A program made the translations under genes and the position numbers. The notes under the pieces are model-generated. The model was not told where the DNA came from. It ran no database searches and saw only the letters and a list, made by a program, of their open reading frames with translations. Of a DNA stretch of 64,000 bases, positions 53,850 through 64,000 are shown piece after piece; positions within the stretch are counted from its first letter, which is position 1, and each line of letters starts with the position of its first letter. Location: positions 143,344,001 through 143,408,000 of the forward strand of contig OZ024740.1 of the NCBI GenBank assembly GCA_964016885.1, given 5' to 3'. The DNA is from Eledone cirrhosa (taxonomy: Eukaryota).

Positions 53850-55365
53850 ATAGTGGTAGAACACTGGAAGGTAATATCCATAGTGGTAGAGCACTCAGTC
53901 CATGGGTCGAGTTAGGTAGAAGTGGTTACACAACAGTTAGTTCACTATACCTAGAACAATTGTTTCACCTTAGCGGATCCTCAGCTCGTGATGGACATGG
54001 TTATACGGAACAGGAAGACAACCGTACGAACGCGGATGTGCAGAAACGATCACTTCACACAGGCAATACTAAAATGCGTGAGAGAAGTGTAAGGGAGATA
54101 ACTGCGAAAGTCTGAAAAGTTTCTAGTTGATAAGAAAATTAGGATGTTGTTGTTATTCAATCCGGAGCTTTGGAGTTATGTAAGAGGTGTTTCGAGACAT
54201 GTGGTCAACGTGTGAAAAATTCATTTCTTGCGTTTAGGAAATCTCTATTGCGTAATCTCTTTAGAATATTTATTCATTCGTCGATACATAGTCCACACGA
54301 CGGATTGCCCCTTGCGTATGGCTTGGACTTAGTGATGGCTTTCCATTGAATGGAGTAGTCTATACTTGAGTCCTTGAGGGACCACACATGGCTCGCGAGT
54401 TTCATGGATGAACATCTTTCCGGGTACCTAAAGGTCAACTGGTGGTTCAGGAAGCGTTCCTTAAATCGGCCCTCCGCCATACCCACATAGGATTTGACCT
54501 CCTGTGGTTGATTTGGTCGGTTGGAAGTGACCACAGCTTCATAAACTACAGCGGGTGTGTTGCATTGCTGTTGTAGGGGACAAGCTTCAGGCTTACAGCA
54601 AGAGCACCCTGGTGGGGTGTTGCTCTTAGGGCTGTTGGTGATGTGGGCCTTCATGTTCTTAGCGCAGGAGTATCCTAGTTTTACTTTGTGTCGGTTAAAG
54701 ATGGGGTGGTATTTATGACCAATGGGAAAGTGTCTGTCTAAGAGGGCTAAACATTTTTTGCCTACATTGGTTTTAACGTTGAGTGAGAAGGGAGGAGAGA
54801 ACCAGATAGTTTGTCTATTGTTACGCTTTCTTATCTTATGCTGTTGTTGATAGTGGGTGAGTAAGTGATAGGTTGCGAGAATATATATATATATATATAT
54901 ACACACATACAGACACACTTCTTTGTCAATTTTTCAAAAAAATTAGATATACTTTCAAAAATTTAAACACAAGTCTAAATATTTCCTGCTTTTTAATTAT
55001 AGAATTTTTTCATACAGTAATTACCTAAGCCTGACCTACGCCTTTATAAGATGCACAGTGATTTTGAGGGGCAAATTTTGAAAAAAAAACAAAATATATA
55101 TATATAGAGAGAGAGAGAGAGAGGTGGGTAGAACACTGGTGGCTTATATCCACAGTAGTAGAGCACTCAGTTCATGGGATGAGTTTGGTAGAAGTAGTGC
55201 CACACCATTTCTGAGAACAATGTTTCACCTCAAACTGATCATCAGCTCGGTTTAAATGAGATATACGGAAAAGGAAAACCATGGCACAAATAGACATGTG
55301 CAGAAGATATTCTCAAAGGGGAGATAACTCACGTTAGATCGATGCATGGAGGTAACTGCAAAAGA
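53850..55365 (-). mobile_element. Penelope-like element: GIY-YIG endonuclease fragment flanked by diverged pLTR copies
   Basis: WFSPPFS.NVKTNVG, CSC...CPL...C..PAVVY, SYVG..E..FKERF.NH, CGLCIDE. 53850-54110 is similar to 55123-55365, and each carries a minus-strand hammerhead core. Confidence 0.88.
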
Positions 55366-55394
55366 TCAGAATACAATCATTCATGATACTCGGT

Positions 55395-57470
55395 CTCTAG
55401 ATGTGCTAGAAATAACGGCTACATCAGCTAAGCAGGGGGAACATCAGGTCTATATGTGTGCTAGAAATAGCAGCTAAAAGGGGGGGGGCGTTATGGTGGT
55501 CCGTAGGTGTGCTAAAAATAGCAGCTACATAAGCTAAATAGAATGTACCTCATTGTGGACGATAGGTGTGCTCCAAATAGCAGCTAAATAGGAGGAACCT
55601 TATGGTTGTCCATAGGTGTGCTAGAAATAGCAGCTAAATAGGGGGAACCTCATTGTTGTCCATAAGTATGCTAGAAATAGCAGCTAAATAGGGGGGGGGG
55701 CTTATGATGGTCCGTAGGTGTGCTAAAAATAGCAGCTACATAAGCTAAATAGAATGAACCTCATGGTGGATGATAGGTGTGCTCCAAATAGCAGCTAAAT
55801 AGCCTTATGGTTGTCCATAGGTGTGCTCGAAATAGCAGCTAAGTAGGGGGACCCATATGGTGGTCCATAGGTATGCTAGACATAACAGCTAAAAAAACTT
55901 CATGGTGGTCCAAGTGTGTGCTAGAAATAGCAGCTGCATCAGCTAAAAAAGGGAATCTAATGGTGGTCTATAGGTGTACTAGAAATAGCAGTTAAATAGG
56001 GGGATCATTATAGTGGTATATAGGTGTGCTACAAATAGCACCTAAATAGGGGGAACCTCATGGTGGTCAATAGGTGTGCTAGAAACAGTAGGTAAATAGC
56101 GGAACCTCATGGGAGTACATAGGTGTGCTAGAAATAGCAGCTGCATCAGCTAAACAAGGGAATCTCATGGTTATCCAAAGGTGTACTAGAAATAACAGCT
56201 AAATAAAGGGAACTTCATGGTGAACTGTGTCCTAGATATATTAACTAAATACGGGGAACCTCATGGTGTTCCATATGTGTGCTAGAAATAGCAGCTATAT
56301 AGGGGAACCACATGGTGATCCATAGGTGTGCTAGAAATAGAAGCTGTATCACGTAAACAGGGGGAATCACGTGGTAGTCCATAGTTGTGCTAGAAATAGC
56401 ATCTAAGTAAAGGGAACCCATGGTGGTCTATAGGTGTTCTAGAAATAGCAGCTAAATTAGGGGAACCTCATAGTGGTCCATAGTTGTGCTAGAAATAGTA
56501 GCTAAATAGAGGGAACCTTATAGTGGTCTATAGCTGTGATAGAAATAGTAGTTAAATAAGAGGAACCTTATGGTGGTTCTTAGGTGTGCTAAAAAGGGCT
56601 GTTACATCAGCTAAGCAGGAGGAACCTTATGGTGTATGTAGGTGTGCTAGAAGGAGTAGCTAAATAAAGAGAACCTCATGGTGATTCATAGGTGTGCTAG
56701 AAATAGCAGCAAAATAGGGGGATCCTTATGGTGGCCCATATGTGTGCTAGAAATAGCAGCTAAATACGGCGATCCTCATGTTGGGCCACACGTGTGCTAG
56801 AAATGGGAACTACACAGTGGTTCATAGGTGTGTTAGCAAAAGCATCTAAATTGTTGTAACCCTTTTAGTGGTCGATAGGTGTGCTAGAAATAGCAGCTGC
56901 GTCAGGTAAACAGGGGAATATCATGGTGGTCCATAGGCGTGCTAGAAATAGCATCTAAATTAAGGGAAACCCATGGTGGTCTATAGGTTTCCTAGAATTA
57001 GCAACTAAAAAGGGGGAACTTCATGGTGGTCCATAGGTATGTTAGAAATAGCAGCTAAATAGGAGGAACCTTATAGTGGACCATAGATGTGCTAGAAATA
57101 GCATCTACATCAGCTAAACAGGGGCAACGTCATGGTGTCCATAGCTGTGCTAGAAATAGCAGCTAAATAAGGTCAACCTCATATGTATCCATTTGTTGTG
57201 CTAGAAATAGCAGCTAATAGGGGGAACCTCATAGTGGTACCTATGTGTGCTACAAATAGTAGCTAAATAGGAGGGACCTTATAGTGGTCCATATCTGTGC
57301 TAGAAATAGCAGCTTGATGGAGAGGAACCTGATGATGGTCCATGGGTGTACTAGAAATAGCAGCTACATCAGCTAAGCAGGTGGAACTTAATGGTTGTCC
57401 GTAGGTGTGCTAGAAATAGCGGCAAAATAAAGTGAACCTCGTGGTGGTCCATAGGTGTCCATAGGTGTCT
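55395..57470 (+). repeat. Satellite of ~40 monomers (50-bp and 59-bp variants)
   Basis: Consensus gtgctagaaatagcagct[gcatcagct]aaatagggggaacctcatggtggtccataggt. Confidence 0.95.
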
Positions 57471-57559
57471 CTTCTTTGTCAATTTTGTTATACTATACCA
57501 TAGGGGAGTAATTAACAAATCAATTTAAGATCTATATATCTATAAACAAGTATAGACAT

Positions 57560-58925
57560 ATGTTCAAGACCATGCTGACAAAAACCTTCCTAACAATGCT
57601 TAGCAGCAAGATGCCTTGGTAGCTATTGCAGTCACTTCGGTCACCTTTGTTCTGATAGAAGGTGACAATGATACAGTCTCTCATGTCTTGCAGGACTGTT
57701 CTGTCTTCCCAGCACTAACACAGTAGTTTCAACAAGGGGCTAATTAGCACTCCCTTTGCACACCTGATGACCTCTTGGAGGATGCCGTCAGATCTTGGTG
57801 CCTTCCCAGCAGGTAAACTAATCAATGGCTCTGCACAGTTCTTCAGCAGTCGACAACACATCTAGCTCCTCCATGACAGCTAGGTGTTTCATGGTGTCTA
57901 GCATGTTGTCTGAGATACTTTTTTTCCTTGCCATACAGTTTGAAGTAATATTCCACCTATCTCTCCAACCGCTCTCTTTTTCCTTTGATGACCTCACCTG
58001 TTCTTGATTTGAATGGAGGAGTCTTGCTCTGGGTTGGGCCAATGGCTTTCTTGATGCCCTCATACATTCCCCAAATGTTACTTGTGTCAAATAACAGCTG
58101 GATGCATTTGAATAACTGTAACCAGTAGTCATTTGCACAGTGACTCGTAATCTTTTATGTCTTGTTCCGAGCTCATCTCAATGCTCATAGTGTTGCTCTG
58201 GTGGGTGAGTGTTTATGCTTCAACAGGGAGCATGCTTCTCCTCCATGGTCGCATTGAACTAGTCATGTGTCATTCTTCGATTCTTCCTGAAGATCTCTTC
58301 AATGCAGTGTCATGGATGGTGCCTCTGAGAAAGTTCCATCTTTGCTGAACACCACCTTCCAGAGGTTCTGCAAGGAGGATGTCTTCCAGTGACTTGAGGA
58401 ATACAGGTACTTTGACTGACTGCTGGGTCACAGTAGCCTTGATATGCTGTATGACAAGAGGCTTAGCATAGTGCATTTTTGGTTGGAGTTTGAGATTGCA
58501 GCAAACCAGGGAGTGATCTGTGCCAAAGTCAGCGCTCCAAAAGGACCAAGTCAAGAGTACATTTCTCAAGTGGTTGTGTCTTATGATGATCAGATCTAGC
58601 TGGTGCCTGTGCCCTGAGCGAGGATAACGCCAGGAAACTTTGTGTTGAGCTTTGGCCTGGAAGTAGGTGTTGGTGACACATAATCCATGGAGCATACAGA
58701 GCTCAAGCAGTTGTTGCCCGTTGTCATTCATGTTACCGACCCCATGCTGTCACAGTTACCCTGTCCAGGAGTTGCGGTCGGTTTCCACTCTGGCATTGAA
58801 GTCACCAACTAACACCAGCTGTTCTCCATATGGGATTGCCTGTATTTTTCTGGAGAACTGATTGTAAAACTTATCCGTGTCATCTTGTGTGTAATAGAGG
58901 GTTAGGGCATAAGCACTGACAAGGT
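57560..58925 (-). mobile_element. RTE/BovB-like LINE remnant
   Basis: VSAYA, VGDFNARV, NGQQLLELC, WRYPRSGHRHQLDLII, TDHSLV. Confidence 0.88.
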
Positions 58926-59200
58926 TGACAAGACAGGAGCCTCCCAAAAGTCAGCTTGAAGGTAACACAGAGGAGACTGAGGTTAACTGGACATGCTCAG
59001 AGTTGACACTGCACTCAATGGTCCTGTGGGAGCCCCTACATGAACACACTAGAAGAGGGAAACCAAGGATGACATGTATTGATACCTTAAGGACAGACAC
59101 TGGTCTCTGGGAGACACAGGCCATGGAAGCGATGATGAAGAACAGAGACCGCTGGAGAGAACTCGTACATGGATCTCGGGAATTTTACCTGCCCTAGATA
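58926..59200 (+). mobile_element. RTE-type LINE 3' end fragment
   Basis: VLWEP.H..TRRGKPR..CIDTLRTDTGL...MKNRDRWR, followed by a (taga) tail. Confidence 0.7.
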
Positions 59201-59257
59201 GATATATATGCATATATATATGTGTGTGTGTGTAATTATGTGTTTTATATCAAATAA

Positions 59258-59448
59258 TAATTGTTTCTACTTTTGGCACAAGGCCAGCAATTACCTAGTG
59301 TATTACTGGTACTTTATTTTATCGACCCCATAAGGATGAAAGGCAAAGTTAACCTCGGCGGGATTTGAACTCAGAATGGCAAGGGCCGTAACTCTATGCA
59401 TCAAAGCATGGCATCTGACCCTCTACTGATACTGCCAATCCACCGCCC
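59258..59448 (-). mobile_element. SINE family A copy (full length)
   Basis: tRNA head plus body, flanked by the tatcaaataataat duplication. Confidence 0.88.
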
Positions 59449-59899
59449 TATTATTATCAAATAATAATAATATTCGATTTGTTTGCAAGCAGACAGTCTC
59501 ATTATGCTATGTTTAGTTTTTAATGGCCATCATCATCCGTTCAACAGCAGCATTGAAGAACAATCAACAGCTTTCTGGGTAATTGTTCTTCATCAGGACT
59601 GTACTTCTCTGCTACTCGTTTGAACTGTTGAAAATATATGGTATTTTCTAAAGTATACATTGGCTGATTAGCCTCATTTGCATAACAACTGATTTTACAG
59701 CTGGGCTTGCCGAAAAACAAAATTAGAATTTGATTTTCTGCTCTAACATAGCAGATTACATAAATGTAATTATGGATTTTATATTGAATATTAATAATAA
59801 GGTCAGCCGTAGAATTGCTTGGTATGCACTATTCTTGTCATTAACCAACAAACCTAATACAGGGCCCTCGAAACAGTCAAATCCAGCTGCTTCATTAGC

Positions 59900-62222
59900 C
59901 TCAATATATTTTTACTTAATACACAAAGTGTCAGCCTTTTCATCAATGCAGAAAAATGGAAGATCCAATTCTTTGAGGTTTGGGTTACCAACCATCCACA
60001 CCATATCCCTTTCTTCATCCTAACTGAGACCCATTTTAACGTCTCCCACTTGGAAACTGAAGTGAGGGTGAGAAATTTTACAACCATCTGCGTGGATCAT
60101 GTTGGCAGAAGAAAAAAACAAAACTACCATTTCCTGCATGATTCTTTTATGGCTGATGAAAATAACATATTCTCCAATGGTTATTATGAATCAGTTTCTG
60201 TGCACAACAAAGCCAATGATTTGATTGTAGCTTGGGCTCTATAAGCCTCCCCAAACACCTCTACCGTGCTTCAAAGAATGCCTCAACAGCATTAGGTGTT
60301 TTATCCAACAGTGTGATTCTGGGGGATTTGATAGGTGACTTCAATCTACCCTGTGTTGATTGGTCTACAAACAGTTGAAATCAGGTCCTTCTTCCTCAAC
60401 CCCTAAGTAGTTTTTCCTGTCCTAACTTGTGCTTGCACCAACAAGATATCACAAAAACATTTTAGATTTAGTATTTAGTAACCACACTAAAACTATCCGC
60501 ATTATTGCAGTAGTAAAAGCTCTCCTCTCAGACCATGACATGGTACTTTGTAACTTGAGGTTCCACCAGCCAAAAGTTTAACCTGATGATTCTTTCCAGC
60601 CCACTTATGTAATAACATTGATCATCATAATGTAAACTGGTCTTTCACACACAGCCACCAACATCAAAACATGAATGATGACCTTCATCAATAACCAACA
60701 GACTGAGTCATTGACAAAATTAAACTCAAATCCAAAATGTTCTTTCCATTTGCCAAAAATCACAAGACTGCTGTCACAACCATTGGGCTTCTGTTTGATG
60801 AAAATGGCACACTCCAAAAGAATGCTAAAAGCATGGGTGAAATACTGCAGAAAAAATACTGCTCTGGGCTGTATCAGTGATATTAACCCCCTACACACCA
60901 TATCTGACATAACATTTGCTGCCCCTGATATCTTAGTGACAATAAACAAAATTAAACACAACTCAACAATAGTCTCCGATAAGCTCCCTGCTACTGTCCT
61001 GAAGGTGTGTTGACACCAGCTTGCACCCCCTATACCTAATGTATGGAAGAACTCGCTGGATGTAGCCTATTTCCCTGAAGATTTTGTATCCCAGTTTATC
61101 ATCCCAGTTTTCAAAAAAGGATACAAGTTCTTTGCTGTAAATTACCATCTGATAAATAGCTCACTACCTTGAAAACAACACCCTACTGAACTCCAACTAG
61201 CATAGCAACATTTGAGTATGTGGAAAACTACTATAGTGGATTAAGTGTTTCCTAACAGATCTCACTATGTTGTGATTGAAGGAACATGATCAAGCTCAAC
61301 CAAAGTCTGAAGTAGTGTCCCACACGGCACTGTGTTGTGCCCACTTCTCTTCATTATTTATATCAATGACCCTTTTACGATCTGAGTTCAAATCCCGCCG
61401 AGGTTGACTTTGCCTTTCATCCTTACGGGGTCGATAAAATAAAGTACCAGTAATGCACTGGGTAATTGCTGGCCTTAGAAACAATTATTTATATCAATGA
61501 CACAGTTGTCATCAAGTACAGCAAAATAAGAATGTTCACAAATGATTCCAAGCTCCAGAAAGTCATTAACAGAGTGGGATACTGGGCATGCCTTCAATCA
61601 GATATGTTTGCTGTTATCCAATGTGTGAAAAAAAATAGTGTGCTACTAAACGAGGATAAATTTAAATTAATCCCCTTTAGAAAAGAGGATGCACTGAAGT
61701 TAACATATTATCTTCCCTCAGGTGAAATCCTCATAGCATACAACACCAGAGACCTTGGTGTAAATGTTGATAGCAACTTAAGCTGGAATACTCACATAAA
61801 CAACAATGTTGTCATGACCTGCGGGATGTGTTCCTGGATTCTCAGAATTTTCCATTCGAGAGATATCCATACCATCATCCTTCTCTTCTCTACTTTTGCC
61901 TGGCCCCACCTTAAATACTGTTGTCCATTGTGGTATCCTCACATGAAACAAAGTATTATGAAAATTGAAGTACCTCAAATGTAATTACAAAAGGAAAGAT
62001 GGTTTGACTAGAAAAGCTCAAACTCTACTCTCTCCAATGCTGTCATAGCACTACCTTACCTTCATGATGTGGAAAATATTCCATCATCATTGCCCAGATG
62101 ATGTTGGCATCACCTTTAAAATTCACATAGGGCTATCTGCCACTACAAAAATCAAACTCGCATCACATAACAACATTATAGTAGAATTATTTCACCTCAA
62201 CTTGTCCAGCTCTCTTATTTAC
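59900..62222 (+). mobile_element. CR1/L2-type LINE remnant (duplicate of 1-2190, with its 5' part)
   Basis: LTETH endonuclease motif at ~60020, then the same sequence as copy A, including the SINE at 61371-61483. Confidence 0.85.
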
Positions 62223-64000
62223 TATATATATATACACACGTATATATATATATATATATATATATATCGCAAAGCCACTGCTTCGGCTACTACTCCTTCA
62301 GTTTAGACCTGGCTGTTTTCTGGTATGCTAAATGGACTACAGAGTTGGAGAGTCTGAGCACTCAATGACAATGTCAAAGATAAAGATAAATTCACCTCCC
62401 CCTGCCGGACGAGAATGCAAGGACTCCTCTTTATTTCAGACATGGAAGATCAACATAATTCCGTCACCACTCCCTGTGCCCCCAACCCATCCCTTCCACC
62501 CACCAAGCAAAATCCAAAACTTCAGAGTTGGTACCATGAACATTGAAAGGTCGCTCAAATGAGGTTGTAGAGATGCTTGAACGTAAGGAAGTTGATGTTT
62601 GTTGTATTCAAGAGACTAGGAGGAGGGGTCGGTCTGCCAGATTCATTGTGGGTAAAAAACAATGCTATAAACTTTTCTGGATGTGAAATGACAACGGGCT
62701 GGGGGAAGTAGGAATTATGTTAGCAGAAAAATGGGTAGATAAGGTAATTGCCGTAAATAGAGTGAACGATAGAATAATTAAAATAAGACTAGTTCTAAAT
62801 AGAACAACTGTGTTGATAATATCTGCTTATGCATCCCAATCTGGCCTACCTGATGTTATAAAAGACAGATTCTATGAGTCGCTAATGCTCACTACCTCCC
62901 AAATAACCGACAGTGACTACATAATTATTGGTGGTGACCTTAATGGTCATGTTGGACAACATTGTGATGGCTATGACGGGATCCATGGAGGCTATGGGTT
63001 TGGTACTAGGAATGAAGAAGGCTTCAGAATCCTGGAATTCTGTGATGCTAATAACCTAACTATCTGTAACACAAACTTCAAAAACCGAGACAATCACTTG
63101 ATCACTTATAGATCAGGGGAACACACCAGTCAGATAGATTATATCCTTACTAGAAGACGTGACAGAGTGTCTGTTGTAAACACTAAGTCCCTCCCCTGTG
63201 AAGAATGCACCTCCCAACATAGCCTAGTAGTTAGTGATCTAATACTCAGGACTAGACGTACTCGATGACAGCGGAGGACTACCTTGAGGAGAAGAACATG
63301 GAAGCTGAAGGACCCTACAGCCAGTGACAAATTTAAAAGCTTATTACTTGATGATTTTGACAGTAAGGAAGAGCAATTAGAGACGTACAATATAGAAGTA
63401 CAGTAGGAATTCATGAAAGTTAACCTGCTGAAGGCGACAGACGAAATCTGTGGCTGGAGCAGACCTATAGGCAGGAGGAGAGTAACTTGGTGGTGGAACA
63501 GTAAAGTGGAGGAGACAATGAAGGCTAAAAAGCAGGCTTGGAAAGTATAGCAGGATGGGGGTAGTAGAGAACACTATCAAGTGTCCAGGAGAGAAGCTAG
63601 GAGACAAGTGTACCTTGCAAGAAGGGAAGCAGAGCATAGAACGTTCAAGCATGTTCTACAAAACGAGGACCAAAAACATGAGGTGTTCAGGATTGCAAGA
63701 CAATGTGTCAAGGAAAACCGTGATATTATCGGGGAGAAGTGTGTCTGTAATGATGATGGTGTACTTGCCCTCACTGATACTGATAAGAAGGTAGCTTGGA
63801 AGTGTCACTACGGGAGACTACTAAATGAGGAGAATAAGTGGGAAAAAGATAGTCTGCCCCAAATCGATCCAATAGAGGGACCAGCGATGCAAGTTAAAGG
63901 TTGTATAATAAGTAAGGCAATCAAAGATATGAAGACAGGCAAGGTGGCTGGGCCTTCGGAGATAGTTGTTGAGATGTTGAAAGCATTTGGAATGATGGGA
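60033..64000 (+). repeat. Segmental direct repeat, copy B (runs to window end)
   Basis: Colinear with 1-3968. About 17 substitutions counted by eye. Confidence 0.98.
62362..64000 (+). mobile_element. RTE LINE (duplicate of 2330-3968)
   Basis: Same ORFs and same inactivating stops as copy A. Confidence 0.92.

Noticed and set aside
55395-57470. CRISPR-like array (conserved core alternating with variable segments)
   Set aside because: The spacer-like segments are homologous to each other, the context is eukaryotic and there are no cas genes. It is a satellite.
58915-58940. Junction between opposite-strand RTE fragments as the 60-kb duplication breakpoint
   Set aside because: Such chimeric junctions are common here. 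The breakpoint cannot be located without flanking sequence.

Overview
AT-rich, transposon-saturated animal genomic DNA. It is most likely a coleoid cephalopod such as Octopus, inferred from the [10 protein letters not shown]...HTGEKPY C2H2 fingers, RTE LINEs and tRNA-derived SINEs. Three things stand out. (1) Bases 1-3968 recur almost identically at 60033-64000, so the window spans one period of a ~60,032-bp direct duplication. (2) Small exons missed by the ORF track (23539-35872, + strand) splice into a ~259-aa cell-surface protein: signal peptide, an atypical V-like Ig domain without the canonical disulfide, a six-Cys second Ig-like domain, a Ser/Thr stalk and a probable GPI signal. One splice donor appears broken in this copy. 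Two C2H2 zinc-finger pseudogenes lie in the same unit. (3) Several hammerhead ribozyme motifs occur in Penelope-type or retrozyme-like repeats. The rest is decayed RTE, CR1, CRE, Penelope, Gypsy, hAT, Mariner and Helitron elements, SINEs, microsatellites and a 50/59-bp satellite. All splicing, family and identity calls were made by eye, without database searches.
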